Assembly: GCA_963715985.1 (NCBI GenBank)
Contig: CAVQSP010000011.1
Coordinates: forward strand, 608,001 to 672,000
Reading direction: 5' to 3'
From: an uncultured Thermoleophilia bacterium
Lineage (GTDB): Bacteria; Actinomycetota; Thermoleophilia; UBA2241
DNA: 64,000 bases
Shown: one piece after another, positions 33,669-46,506 of the stretch
How positions within the stretch are numbered: the first letter of the stretch is position 1
Layout: each line of letters begins with the position of its first letter
Notes under the pieces: model-generated
Databases searched by the model: none
Told to the model about the DNA's origin: nothing
What the model saw: only the letters and a program-made list of their open reading frames with translations
Translations under genes and position numbers: made by a program

Positions 33669-34812
33669 GGTCTCCTCCCCGTCTGCAGGACCGGTTCGTA
33701 GTAGGTGTCGGGGCGGGCCGGGTCGAACACCTCGCTCGCCCAGAACAGCGTGACCATCTCGGTCTGCCCGACGTTCTCGATGCTGTGCGACCGTGCCCGG
33801 CGGGATGATGACGGCCTGCGGCGCGCCACCGGAGACGCGGTACTCGCTGCACCTCGTCGCCGCCCAGTGGCCGCAAGCCGCACGACGGCCCTCGCCGCTC
33901 GACGACCATGAACCTCTCCACCTTGGTGTCGTGGTAGTGGTTGCCGCGCGTGATCGCCGGGGTGCGTGCGCGAGACGAAGATCTGGCCGGCGTGCTCGGC
34001 TCGCGCACCAGCTCGGCCAGGTCGCCGCGCTCGTCGGCGCGCTGCGCAAGGCCGAAGGCCAGGTCCTCGGGCTCCAGGTAGGAGAGATAGGTGGAGTACA
34101 GCGCCCGCTCGAAGCGCCCGCGACAAGTCGGGCAGGTCGGGCGAGTGCTGGGCCGCGCGAAAGGCCTGGATGCGCGCCGCCAGCTCGCCCAACGGTGATG
34201 TCCGTGACCGGCGCGACTGAGCGCCGCTCCACGCCGTGCGGCGGCGCCGTCCAGCACGTGCAAGAACGCCGCGACCACGTCGTCCACGTGCACGAGCTTC
34301 ACGGCGCGTCCGGGTCGTCCACGCGTATGGGCAGCCCGCGGGCGATGTTGTGGCAGAAGGTGGTGACCACGGAGTTGTAGCTCGGCCGGCCCCACTTGCC
34401 GAACACGTTGGGCAGCCGGAAGATGGCCACCGGTCCGCCGCCGGTCGCGCGACCACGCGTCCAGCACGCCCTCGGCCGCCAGCTTGCTGGCGCCGTAGGG
34501 GTTGTCCAGCTCGGCCTGGATGGACGAAGCGAAGCACGACCACCGGACGCGCGCCGGCCTCGCTGCAGACGCCAGCAGAGCTCCTCGGTGAAGCCGACAT
34601 TGCCGGTCCGGAACTCCTCCGGGTCCTGGGCCGGTTGACGCCGGCGAGGTGGTAGACCACGTCGGCGCCCGCGCAGAGCCGCCTGCAAGCGCTTCCGGCG
34701 GGTCGGCGACGTCGAAGCCCGGCAGCGTGCCACGTCGTCGCAGCCGCCCGAGCGCCACCATCAGGTTCCGGCCGATGAAGCCCTGCGCGCCGGTGACGAC
34801 TACGCGCCGCAC
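33665..34812 (-). CDS. fnlB: FnlB/WbjC/CapF-like reductase with C-terminal cupin, frameshifted
   Basis: TGAQGFIG, YGASK, RLPNVFGKW..YNSVV, RGNHYHDTKVERF, FWASEVFDP..PDTY. Confidence 0.8.
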
Positions 34813-35855
34813 ACGGGGTCCTGGAGCGCCGGCAGCCCGAGGTCGCGCGCGCACGTCCGCGACCTTCAGCAGGATCTCGCAGGTGCCGTCCACGTCGAGC
34901 CGCGTGGTGTTGTGCGAGTGGTAGTCGTCCAGCTGCGTGGCCTCGCGGCACGCCCTCGGTGAAGTAGAGGTCGTAGTTGAGGTCGCGGTCGTCCGGCGAC
35001 ACGCGGTAGTAGCTGCCCATGTCCTCGGCGCGCAGCATCTCCTCGCGCGTCAGCAGCGTCTCGTAGAGCTTCTCGCCATGCCGCGCGCCGACGATGCGCA
35101 CCGGGTTGTCAGCCTCGTAAAGCGCTTCATGGCGGCGACAAGCGTCTCGATGGTGGACGCCGGCGCCTTCTGCACGAAGAGGTCGCCCGGCTCGCCGTGC
35201 TCGAAGGCGAAGAGCACGAGCTCCACGGCGTCCTCGGCCGTCATCATGAACCGCGTCATCTGGGGGTCGGTCACGGTGAGCGGCCCGCCCGCGCGGATCT
35301 GCTCGGCGAACAGCGGGATCACCGAGCCGCGGCTGCCCATCACGTTGCCGTAGCGCGTGATGCAGATGGTCAGACCGCTGAGTTGCGGCCGACGCGGCTC
35401 TTGGCGCCCGCAAGACGCTCCATCATCGCCTTGGAGATGCCCATCGCGTTGATGGGGTAGGCGGCCTTGTCCGTGGACAGCACGATCATGCGTTTCACGC
35501 TGCGCCGCCAGCCGCGGCGTTCATGACGTTCTCCGCGCCCAGAGAGTTCGTCATCAGCGCCTGCAGCGGATAGAACTCGCACGAAGGGATCTGCTTGAGC
35601 GCAGCAGCGTGGAACACGTAGTCGACGCCTTCGAGCGCGTCGCGCAGGCTGTCGGGGTCGCGGACGTCACCGATGTAGAACTTGAGCCGCGGCTCATGGT
35701 AATCGATGCGCATGTCGTGCTGCTTCTTCTCGTCGCGGCTGAAGATGCGGATCTCGGCCACGTCGTGGCCGAGCATGCGGCGCAGCGACTGCGTTGCCGA
35801 ACGTGCCGGTGCCGCCGGTGATCAGCAGAGTACGTCCGTCGAACACCGTGCTCAT
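34805..35855 (-). CDS. fnlA: UDP-GlcNAc 4,6-dehydratase (FnlA/WbjB/CapE-like), frameshifted
   Basis: ITGGTGTFG, FSRDEKKQ, HAAALKQIPSCEF, STDKAAYPINAMG, RHGEKLYETL; 3' end approximate. Confidence 0.82.
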
Positions 35856-36093
35856 CTTCGTCCTTTCGGCCTTCATCGGCATGCGGCCAGCGAGCGCCCG
35901 CGCCGCTGCCTGCGTCGTTGACTGTTCTGGCGACTAGTCTACTGCGTTCATCGGCAGCCGAGGCGACCGACCTGAGTCCCGCTCACGGGCAACGAACGAC
36001 TGCGGGAGCGTCCCCGAGCGCTGCGCGCCGAATCGGGTCAGGCAGCACCGGTCGCGAGGCTCGAGGGCCGGCATGGGAACACGGGACGAGCGC

Positions 36094-37231
36094 CTACTCG
36101 ACGCGGGCCGCCGCCCACGCCGCAAGCGCCTCAACGGCCCGATCGCCGGCGTGCCCGTCCCAGAGCGGCACGACCGGCGGAGGCACGACGGGACCCGACG
36201 CAACGGCGTCGCGCACGGCGGCCAGGATCGCCGTCGGGTCGCCCGGGTCGACCAGCCTATTCGTGCCCACTGTGACGGTCACGGGCCGCTCCGTTGTGGT
36301 GCGCACGGTGATGCAGGGCACGCCCAGGAAGGTCGTCTCCTCCTGCACGCCACCGGAGTCGGTGACGACCGCGGCAGCCGCCATCATCAGCCCCAGGAAC
36401 TCGAGGTAGCCGAGCGGCTCGACCAGGTGGAGCCGCGGATGCGTGAGGGCCGCGCCGGCGCCGAGGTCGGCCAGTCGCGCGCGCGTTCGCGGGTGCATCG
36501 GGAAGACGACGGGCACCGCCGCCGACACTTCTCCGAGCAGGCCGAGCAGCTGCAGAAGCTGTTCCGGCTCGTCCACATTGCTCGGCCTGTGCAGTGTCGC
36601 GAGCACCAGCGGACCCTCGCCCACGCCGAGCCGCTGCCGCGTCGCCGCGACCGTGGCCTCGGCCCGCGGGCGAAGTCGCACGAGGGAGTCGATCATCGTG
36701 TTGCCGATGTCCACGATCTTCTCCGGAGCAACGCCCTCGCGCAGGAGGTTGTCGTCGCCGTCGGCGCAGGTGGTAAGCAGCAGGTCGGACACGTGGTCGG
36801 CGACGATCCGGTTGATCTCCTCGGGCATGCTGCGGTCGCCGCTGCGGAGGCCGGCCTCAAGGTGGACCACGGGCACGTTCAGCTTGGCCGCGACGAGTGC
36901 GCCGGCGCAGGTGGAATTCACGTCACCGGGAACGAGCACTGCGTCGGGCTCGTGCCGGCATACTGACCGGCTCGAGCGCCTCGAGCATGCGCGCCGTCTG
37001 CTGCGCGTGCGAGCCCGAGCCGACCCCGAGGTACTCGTCCGGCTCGGGCAGCCCGAGTTGCCGGAAGAAGACGTCGCTCAGCAGCTCGTCGTAGTGCTGG
37101 CCAGTATGAACAAGCACACGCTCGAAGTGCACGCCGAGCCGCGGCTGCGCGTTCCAGCGCTCGGCCGCCGCGATCACCGGTGCGACCTTCATGAAATTGG
37201 GTCGCGCCCCTACGACGTAGAGCAGTCTCAG
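36094..37231 (-). CDS. wecB: UDP-GlcNAc 2-epimerase (non-hydrolysing), one frameshift
   Basis: GARPNFMK, HTGQHYD, HLEAGLRSGD..MPEEINR, TDSGGVQEE. Confidence 0.88.
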
Positions 37232-38010
37232 AGAGCTCCCCTTTCAGTGGTCCGCCTGCGAGCCGCCCGCCACGCGCCGAAGACAAGGCCGACAAACTCC
37301 AGATTGCCGACCAGGTACCTCTTCCACATGCGACGCGGCTCCTGGATGAACCGATACGCCCACTCGAGCCCCATGCGCTGCATCCAGACGGGCGCCCGCC
37401 TGATTGCGCCCGCATACACGTCGAAGCTACCACCTACTCCCATGGAGAATGGCACGCCCAGCGCATCGAGGTTCTCCGCCAGCCAGTACTCCTTTCGGGG
37501 GCTCGGCATGCCGACGAACATGATGGCAGGCTCGGCCGCCCTGATTCGTGCCACCACGTCGCGAGAACGTCCGGCCGGCCAATAGCCGTCGTGAGCGCCG
37601 CTGACCTGGAGTGCTGGATGCTCGCGCCGGGCGCGCGCCACCGCGGCTGCCAGGACCTCATGCGTGGCACCAAGGAAGAAGACGGGATAGCCTCGCTGCT
37701 CCGCGAGACCCAGAAGGGCCTCGAACAGGTCAATGCCGGCCACACGTTCAGGCACCGGATGGCCCAACAGGCGAGAGGCCCACACCACCGATTGGCCGTC
37801 CGCATTGATGAGAGCACAGGAGGAAACGATGCGCAGGAGTTCCCTGTCCTTGTGCATCATGACGGCCTTCGACGCGTTGACCACACAGTGCTGCACCGGC
37901 CGACGTGCGCTGATGAGACGCTCCACTTCGGCAAGCGTCTCCGTGAAAGTCAGCGGGTCGATGGGGCAACCCGCGACGATCACCCTTCGGGAGGGGCGGC
38001 GGGGCGTCAT
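37228..38010 (-). CDS. WecB/TagA/CpsF family glycosyltransferase
   Basis: NADGQSVVW, ERVAGIDL, GMPSPRKE, GVGGSFDV, GLEWAYR..EPRR. Confidence 0.9.
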   Translation of the reverse strand: MTPRRPSRRVIVAGCPIDPLTFTETLAEVERLISARRPVQHCVVNASKAVMMHKDRELLRIVSSCALINADGQSVVWASRLLGHPVPERVAGIDLFEALLGLAEQRGYPVFFLGATHEVLAAAVARARREHPALQVSGAHDGYWPAGRSRDVVARIRAAEPAIMFVGMPSPRKEYWLAENLDALGVPFSMGVGGSFDVYAGAIRRAPVWMQRMGLEWAYRFIQEPRRMWKRYLVGNLEFVGLVFGAWRAARRRTTERGAL

Positions 38011-38605
38011 GCGCGCTGTCCGCCCGCTGACTGTGGCGCGAGCGTGCGTCCTCCGGCGAAGCTGCGCCGCCGGAAGCTGGATGAACTGCTCGTGCCCCAG
38101 CCCCGTGATAGCCGGCGAGCGAAGCAGCCGCTGGCGGTCGCGACGGACGGCAGCGCGCCCGCCGGCCGGCCGGCCCATGCACGTGCGCGTCCAGCCACAT
38201 ACCTTCGGCTCGGGCGGCAGTGCCGCTGCGCAACTCCAGGTCGAGATCCAGCAGCGTCGCTCTCCCGTCGAGGACTCCGCCACCGACATCCTGTCATCAT
38301 CCATAGGTGCTTATCGGCAAGGGGAGGCCTAGCCACCTCGAATGTCCGCGGAGATCTTCGAGCACCGCAGGCCGGCCGTGACGAGGGCTCGGGACACCGA
38401 TCTGCTTCGAGTCTACGTCCGAGAGACGGTGTCGCGGCGCTGGGCCAGCATTGCCAGTCGACGAGACGGCCTCTGTCGCCGAGCAATCGGGGGAGCGAGG
38501 CTGCTTCGACCAGACTGGGGCACCCGCGGCAGCAGCCGGTGCGTGACTCGCCAAGGCGCCGAGGATAGCCGGCGAAGCAAGCGCTCACGTGGCCTTCCGG
38601 CGCAC

Positions 38606-39700
38606 TCATGCCCGGCCGCTGGTCCGGCAGGCGGCCACGCTCCTCAGGATCTCTGCGTAGCGAGGCATCACCTCCTCGGGAGCGAATTCCACGACCTTCG
38701 CCGCGTTGGCGCGCCCCATTCGCAACCGCAGATCGTCGTCGTCGATCAGCCGTTCGACGGCCGCTGCGACCGACGCCGCATCGCGTGGCGGGACGAAGAG
38801 AGCATTCACATCAGGCGCCAAGTGATCGGCGCAGCCCCGGATGCGTGTGGTCACGATCGGCAGACCGCTCGCCATGGCTTCCATGACCGACAACGGGAAC
38901 CCCTCGTCATGATACGAGGGCAGGACGAAGATATCGGCGCTCGCGTAGGCAGATGCCAGCGCAGGCCCTGAAACGTACCCGAGCATGTCGACGGCATGGT
39001 CGATTCCCAGCGACTCGGCACGCGTCGCCAACTCATCGGCGGCCGGCCCGGTGCCGGCCATGACAAGGCGACACGGCCGAGTGCGTCGCACCATCTCCAA
39101 CGCCTCCAGGAGTTCGAAGAGGCCCTTCGGTCGCATCAGCCGGGCGACGACCAGGAGAACCCAATCGCGCGTCGTTGCTCCATGCGCGCGCCGGGCGTGA
39201 TCCGCGACAGCCTCCGGCACGAAGGGATTGACGACCACTTCGAAGCGAACCTCAGGGCAGGACTCCTGCCACTGCCGCTGTTCCTCAGTGGACAGGAGCA
39301 TCACCGCCGCGGCCCGCCGCATCAGCCACTTCGAACAGAGAGTGAAGTGCTCCTCGCCGGGCCGCCCGAGCGCATCGATACGGCTGCCATGGAGGTGCAG
39401 CACGAGTGGCGGTCCGCGGCGTGTCACAGCGAGCGCCAGGGAGCTGTCGCGTAGCAGCGACTGCCACGTGTGCGCGGTGGCCACATAGAGCACCGCGGGC
39501 CGCCAGCGATGGACGCAGTAGAGCACGCGCACGAGGTCCGCGACGCGGCCGCCGACCTTGACCAGGAACGGCTCGTGACCGGCGGTGTGAGCGCTCCATC
39601 CAAGGACGCGGACCTCGAGGCCCGCGTCCCGCATGCCCCGCACCAGTAGAGGCGCCAGCTTGGGAAACGGGCCACCGAAGTTGGGATGGGCAGTGAGCAT
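38606..39700 (-). CDS. GT4 family glycosyltransferase
   Basis: LHLHGS, KG, EGFPLSVMEAMASG; start uncertain. Confidence 0.85.
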   Translation of the reverse strand: MLTAHPNFGGPFPKLAPLLVRGMRDAGLEVRVLGWSAHTAGHEPFLVKVGGRVADLVRVLYCVHRWRPAVLYVATAHTWQSLLRDSSLALAVTRRGPPLVLHLHGSRIDALGRPGEEHFTLCSKWLMRRAAAVMLLSTEEQRQWQESCPEVRFEVVVNPFVPEAVADHARRAHGATTRDWVLLVVARLMRPKGLFELLEALEMVRRTRPCRLVMAGTGPAADELATRAESLGIDHAVDMLGYVSGPALASAYASADIFVLPSYHDEGFPLSVMEAMASGLPIVTTRIRGCADHLAPDVNALFVPPRDAASVAAAVERLIDDDDLRLRMGRANAAKVVEFAPEEVMPRYAEILRSVAACRTSGRA

Positions 39701-39944
39701 CGCCACCTGGAGCTTCGCCTGGCCCGCGAACCCCACGACGGAGTCAGATGACGGGCTTTGCAGTCCGACAGTCAAGTCTCGCCCACATGGAACTCGATCG
39801 GCCTTCTCCCCAAGACGGGCCCAATGCGTTCGCTCCTGTCCCGGAAGCTCGTTCTCACCGCGCCGGTTCCGGTCACGCCTCTGTGTGCATGTGCCCACCA
39901 TCCTACGCTCGCTCGGAGTGTCGGCAAGGCCCGGCACAACGCTG

Positions 39945-41127
39945 TCACTCCCACGCCCGATCGCGGGCGATGATCATGGACCCCTCATCGGGCACGAGCG
40001 CACGCTGAGAGAAGACCACGTAGTTGTGAGGCAGGATCCCCTTCGGGAAGTAGAGAATCCCGTGCTGAGGGAAGATATCGCCGCGGCGCTTGAGGACTTC
40101 CTCCCACAAGCCGTCTGGCCGCATACCAAACAGATGTGCACAGCGGTCTTTCGACGCGGGACCGGGCTCCACCGTTGTCCCCAGGTATGCGCCTCCGGCC
40201 TCATTCGCGCCCATGTAGTACGTCGGTCCCGGCAGCTCGACAAGCGCGTGCGTCTCCAGGGGCTGCTCCTTGCGGGCCACCATGAGACTGGCGGGAGTGG
40301 TCGGCGAGTCCATGCCCCAGTACACGTTGCCGTCGCGGACCACGAGGTCGGTCGCTCGGGACATCTGGCCCGCGTCCAGAAAGCACTGAACGCTCCGAAA
40401 CTCGTCGTCTGTGAAGAGGATGCGGCTTTCGCCATCGCGGTCGCCGGTGAGCACCCAGATGCGGCGGTCATCCTCCGGGTCGCGAATCAAAGCGTGCACA
40501 TGCCGAATCTGGCCTGGGCCGAACTCCCAAGCGGTCTCGAAGGTGACGAGGTCACGCGACCGATGGATTCGAACCCTCTCGAGGCGTGCGTGGTTGGCCG
40601 AGTAGTCGGCAATGTACGTCCATCCGCTTGGCGACTCGCAGATCCCCCGGTTCATGGGTCTCGTGGACGAGAAGTGGGGCACTGGGCGAACCTGCGCGCC
40701 TCGAGCATCACAGCACCACCAGGACGCTCCGTTGGATATCAGAAGGCGCCCGCGATCAGTACGATGGACCTGCAGGATCGAGTGCTTCATCACTCGGTCA
40801 ACCAGCCGAACATGAGCCACGCGCTGAGTCAGCCGCCAGGGGATCTCGGCGATCACCACGAGTTCGGGCCGCTCCAAGATCGGGCGCCAAGAACACCTTG
40901 TTGAGTCGAGAGAACACGAGCCCGTCCTCACACCACGCGTGTGGCGTGGCCTTCGAGATCTTCGCCACGATCTCGAATCGACCCCCGGGTCTGCTCCGCG
41001 CGACCCCATTGCTGGCAGGACTACGCATCCAACGAAGCAGAGGCGGGGCGCGGGTCAGCCGAGAAGGCGCGTGGTGCTCGCTGTCCGGCGGGTACCGCCG
41101 ACGCCTCTCGGCCCCCAGAGTACGCAT
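39945..41127 (-). CDS. Hypothetical beta-propeller-like protein (frameshifted)
   Basis: IRHVHAL..DP, WVLTGD, YWGMD repeat-like segments; N-terminus in ORF 40798..41127. Confidence 0.5.
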
Positions 41128-41195
41128 GACCGACCTGCGTCCGGCCGAATCCGGGCTGAACGGAAGGACGGAGGCGAACGTGAAGAGAGTGACGG

Positions 41196-42798
41196 CTACT
41201 GACCGGAGCCGTACTTCGCATAGGCCGCGTACTGCGTGTCGTCCAGCCGCTCGCCTACGATGACCAACCCGACCTTGCGGCCAGGCATGGCGTCCAGGGC
41301 GTATCGGCCTTCCTCCAAGATAGGACGTCGTGCCGTATCGACCCTGGCGGTCACAAGCACCCCATCAACGGACGGTGCAAGAGAACCGGCGTCGCCGAAC
41401 GCCAACAGAGGTGGTGTGTCGATCAGCACGTAGTCGGCGTCCGAGGCCGCCAGATCAGCCAGCGCACTGGCCACGCTGCGTGACGCCACGACCTCCCCGG
41501 GATTCGGGGGCAAAGGCCCTGACGTGATGATCCTCAGCACACCCGCCCAGTCGCCGTCCAGCGAATTCGGGACCCTGCCGGCGAGTGTGCGCACACCGGA
41601 CACCGAACACTCCGCTGCTGTGTATTCCTTCATCGCCCTGTGTAGGGGCGTCTTGGCCAGAACTGCAGACGTGAGCCCGACGGAGTTCGAGAGACCGAAC
41701 ACGCGGTGCACCTGTGGATTGCGGAGATCGGCGTCCACGAGGATCACCCTGCTGCCGGCACGAGCGAGCGTCACGGCGAGGTTGCACAGGGTGATCGTCT
41801 TGCCCTCTCCCTTCACCAGACTGGTGACGACAAGCGACTTCAGCGAGCCATCGATGTGGCTCCACTCGAGATTGCGGCGCAGTACCCGAAGCGCCTCGCT
41901 CACACTCCCTTCCGGGTCCGTGCACGCCACGAGTCCCCCATCATTGGCCGCTCGTCGCGTCATTCGCGGAACGCGTCCGATCACCGGCAGCCCGAGGATG
42001 TCCGAGACCGTTCGGTACGAGCGGACCCGCGTGTCAAACTGCTCGACCACAAACGCCAGTATGACCCCCAGGAAGAGGCCGACGATCAGGCCGAACGCGG
42101 TCGACTTGACCGGCTTGGGGGACGCTGGAGATGCCGGCGGTGTCGCGGGCACGATGATATCGAAGTTCCCGTTGGCGCTGGCCTCCGCGATCTTCAGATT
42201 GCGGAGTTGCTGCTGCAACACCGCGTAGTCGGCTGTGAGCTTGGCTTCGGCTGTCGTGTAGAGGTCGAGTTGCTGCTGGACGATCTCCTGGGCAGTCCTC
42301 CAGCTCTGCTGCTCACGCTCCTTGCGCAGCTCGATGATGGCCTTTGCGTAGGCGTTCGCGATTCGCGCGGCGGCGTTCGGGTCGCTCGTCTCCGCAGTGA
42401 CGTCGACCACGTCGGCCAGCGTCGTCCCCGACGATCTGCCGTCGACCGATGCCACGGTCGCCGAGATCGAGTAGGCGAATGAACCGGCCGGTTTCGTCCA
42501 GCAGCTCCGAAGCACGTTGCCTCACTGCTGGGCTGTCGATGGTGTTGACAACGCTCTGGACCTCGAAGGTGAGGCGATTAAGGTCCGTCGAGTAGCCGGC
42601 GGAAGCGCTGGCGACGGATGCCGGCGGGGCGTACATCAGTCGCGCCGTGGCCACATATACCTTCGGCTGCGTGAATGCCCTCCCGAACGCGGCGAGAGTG
42701 CACAGCACGACGACAAGGATGACCCACCGGCGACGCAGCCAGACGACGCGCCAGTAGTCGCGCAGAGTCATTGCGCTGTTCTGATCAGACTGGGCCAA
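41196..42798 (-). CDS. Wzc-like chain-length regulator / tyrosine autokinase (one frameshift)
   Basis: Wzz N-terminus TLRDYWRVV, PASPKP, Walker A GEGKT, DADLRNP, DTPP, Tyr-containing C-terminus. Confidence 0.88.
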
Positions 42799-43267
42799 AG
42801 CCTACCCTCACTGCGGTCATCGAATGGCTGAGCGCCATGATATCAGGCGACCCCAGAAGCCTGGTTTCCTTCCTGGGACGCATGCGCTCGTCACCCGTTG
42901 GTTCCCTCGCCGAGCTGCCGCCGCACATGACTCAACTATCGGCCGACGACAGCATATTCGTGAGGGCAAGCCATGCCCGCGCCCCTGCCCAACCGTGAGA
43001 GAGCTTGCGTACCGCCACGTCGATGCCCCAGGCGCAATCGTGCGGGTCACGGCGAGGCGTCAGATGCGGCACGTGGGCAGCGGGGCACCGACAGGCCGGC
43101 GGCGCCAGCAGGCACATCCTGCAGAAGCAACGCCCCTGTCGCCGGCCTCGCGGAGACGATGGTGGTGCAGCTTGGGGAGTGGAAGCCGCCCCTCTCCAGT
43201 GGACGCGTCTTCGCGAGCGCCTGCCCGCCTCTCGTGGGGTCACCGTGGCGGCTCGTCAACAAGACGA

Positions 43268-45152
43268 CTACCTGAAATCCGAGTCCTGGCGGCGCGCCCA
43301 GACGCTCAGGGCGAGAAGCTTCCAGACGTGTCCACTGAAGTTCCGCTGCGCACTGTCCATCCCGGCCAGGAGTCGATTCACGCCGGCTTCATCGAGCAGC
43401 GCGGGGCAGCTGTCGAGAAGCACCTCGCGGGACCACTTGCGCAGCGGCCCCGAGAGCCAGGATCGCAGCGGAATGGCGAAGCCTCGCTTTCCGCGCGTCA
43501 GAATCGCTTGGGGCAGGACATCCCGCACGGCATGGCGCAGAACCCGTTTCGACGTCCAGTAGTTCAACTTGTACGACGATCGGCAGACCGTTCACGTAGT
43601 CGGCGAGCACGTGGTCCAGCAGGGGCACTCGTCGCCTCGAGCGAAACGGCCATGCTCATTCTGTCGACTTTCGTCAGGATGTCATCGACCAAGTACGTGC
43701 GTTGGTCCTTGAGGAGCGCGGCGCCGGGAGTGCCGTCGTTGCTGAACAACTGCTCCAGCGCGTACGGCGCCGCGTGATGGCTCAGGAACTCCCGGAAGTC
43801 CCTACCAAGGGCGTTCTGACACAGTTCGGGCAGCGGGTTGGCCACATATGCGAGGTGCCGGAGGGACGCATCCGTTCCCAGCCGTCGCAGCAGCCCACTC
43901 CCGCGCCGAGTCTCGGGAATGACTCGTCCGCCCAAGGAGCTGATCCACCCGAGGACCGCCGGTGGCACGGGTCTCAGAAGGCCGTACGCCAGCAAGCTGC
44001 GGTACTGCCCGTAGCCCGCGAACAGCTCATCGCCGCCATCGCCAGTCAGCGCCACCGTCACGTGCTCTCGTGCCAGCTGGCTGACGAAGAACGTGGGAAT
44101 CGCGGACGCGTCCGCGAACGGCTCGTCGAAGTGCGAGAGAAGGTCCGGGATCGCCAGGGCATCAGCAGCGCGAACGAGGCGAGAGTGATGGTGAGTGCGG
44201 AAGTGCTTCGCCACCGTGGCCGCGTAAGGAAGCTCGTTGAAGGCCTGATCCTCAAAGCCTATGGAGAAGGTCAGGAGATCCTCAACGCCCTCCTGCTCGC
44301 ATCGTCGCCCACGATTGCGGAAGAGTCGATGCCGCCGCTCAGGAACGCGCCCAGGGGAACGTCACTTCTGAGCCTGAGGCGCACGCTCTCCCTGAGGAGC
44401 TTCTGCACCTTGACGACGGCCTCTCGGAACGAGGGCACCCGCCTGTCCTCTTCGGCGCGTGGAGCCCAGTACTCCCGGGAGGCGACACGCTGGGCCCCAG
44501 CCGCCGGGTCCCAGGACCAGATCTCAGTCGTGCCGGGGGGAGCTTGCGGATGCCCCGATAGACAGTCGACGCGGCCGGGGCGTATCCGAGTCGCAGGTAC
44601 GCGGAGAGAGCGGTCGCATCCCACGAGCGATCGACCCACGGCACCTCGAGCAGCGCCTTGATCTCGGATGCGAAGGCCAGAGAGCCGCCTTGAGCTGCGA
44701 CGTAGAGCGGCTTGATCCCGAAGCGGTCGCGAGCGAGCAGAAGCTGCCGCTCGCGGGCGTCCCAGACGGCCAGAGCTGAACATGCCGCGGAACTGCTCGA
44801 CGCAAGCCGAGCCGTGCTCCTCGTACTCATGAACGATGACCTCGGTGTCGGTCTGGGTCCGGAACTCGTGGCCAGCCGCTACGAGGCGCGCGCGCCGCTC
44901 CGCGTAGTTGTAGATCTCACCGTTGAAGACGACCCATACGGAACCGTCTTCATTGGCGATCGGCGGGTCTCCGGTCTCGAGGTCGATGATGCTCAGCCGC
45001 GTCATGCCGATCGACACACCGGGATAGTCGACGAAGCCTTCCGAGTCCGGTCCGCGATGGTGCAGCGTCCCGGCCATCCTGCGCACCACGCTGGACGGCG
45101 ACTCCGGGCTCTCGGGTTCTACCGGCGCAAGCAGCCCGACTATGCCGCACAT
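43268..45152 (-). CDS. asnB: Asparagine synthase-like glutamine amidotransferase (frameshifted)
   Basis: MCGIVG, HRGPD, FNGEIYN, RDRFGIKPLY, LSGGIDSS, TGDGGDELFAGY, KVDRMSM. Confidence 0.88.
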
Positions 45153-45222
45153 CGACCAGCGACTCCGACCAGCCGAAGAGGCTCACGCGGTGTCGCCGCA
45201 AGCGCAGACGCGCGCACCCCGT

Positions 45223-45993
45223 TCATGGTCTGCAGACGATCGGGCGAAGGAGGCGCGCGGCCCACACCCGCGGCATCGTCCTGAGATAGCCCCGAGGCGA
45301 GACGGCCTTCAGCGCCCGCAAGTACGCGCGGTCTTCGCCAACCTGACAGAAGACCCTCACCTTCTCCGGGATGCTCGCCTGATTCGCAAGCACGCTCACC
45401 CTGTCCGCGCCCTCGGTGTGATAGATACGAAGCGGGCGGTGAATGAAGTACCGGCGAGCGACGCGGTTGACCTTCAGCCACAGGATGCCCTCCCATCCCG
45501 GCAGACGTTCGTCGAAGCGAAGGGCGCCCAGCAAACTGGTACTGACCATGCCCCAGTGCTCGCCGCGCAGCTTCGTCCCCTCCCTCACGGACAGCCTGCC
45601 GTCGCGGCTGGGACCTGTCCCTGCCAGCCCCCTGGTCACGGAGTCCACGCAATTGCAGGTGAGCACGGTGGCCCCTGTGCGGGTCGCGTACTCCATCATC
45701 ACGGAGAGAGCGTCGGGCATCGCCTCGTCGTCGGAGTCGAGGATCGTGAACCATTCACCTCGTACGTGATCGAGGCCTGTGTTCTTTGCCGCCGCAACCC
45801 CGCGGTTGCTCGGATGCCGATAGACGGTGATTCGGGGATCCTGAAGCCCGGCCAGGTAGCTGGCCGTCTCATCGGTCGAGCCGTCGTCAACGATGATCAG
45901 CTCCCAATCGGAGAAGCTCTGGCTCACGACACTGTTGACAGCTCTCGGCAAGACAGCCGCACGGTTGTACGTCGGCAGGACGACGGAGATCAT
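45223..45993 (-). CDS. GT2 family glycosyltransferase
   Basis: SVVLPTYNR, DDGSTD, LDSDD. Confidence 0.88.
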   Translation of the reverse strand: MISVVLPTYNRAAVLPRAVNSVVSQSFSDWELIIVDDGSTDETASYLAGLQDPRITVYRHPSNRGVAAAKNTGLDHVRGEWFTILDSDDEAMPDALSVMMEYATRTGATVLTCNCVDSVTRGLAGTGPSRDGRLSVREGTKLRGEHWGMVSTSLLGALRFDERLPGWEGILWLKVNRVARRYFIHRPLRIYHTEGADRVSVLANQASIPEKVRVFCQVGEDRAYLRALKAVSPRGYLRTMPRVWAARLLRPIVCRP

Positions 45994-46506
45994 CTATGCC
46001 TCGTCGCACAGCGTCATGAGCCCGCTAGCGTTGACGACCGCATGTGCCGGGCCTGTTCCATGGCCGACGGGCTGATGGCGGTCAGGCAAATGGTCCCGGC
46101 GCCACTTGTGGCCAACGTCCTCACGCCTGACCTCCATCGTCGGTTCACAGGCGTCGCGGCCGCCGCTTCGGCTTGGGGTCAGCCGAACATCGGGACCCGC
46201 TCCGCTACTTGAGGGCGTCCGGGACGCGCTGGCCAGAGGTTCGCCCTCTTCTTGAGTATGCCGCAGAACACGGGCTCCGCGCCACTGGGGTCGTGCCGTC
46301 CCGCACACCCGCTCGGGCGGGAACGATCGCGCGGTGTGCTCCTCTGCATACCGAGACTGCAGGTTCCCAACTGGAACATCTGCACCAGTCGGCCGCTGCC
46401 TTGGCCTAACTTGGCTCTTCGCCGGGCTGAGGGGCGCCCTGGCATCCGAATTCGCAGCAACAGACCGGGCGCAAGAACCCTCAGTGAATCGCGGTCCGGT
46501 CCTGGG

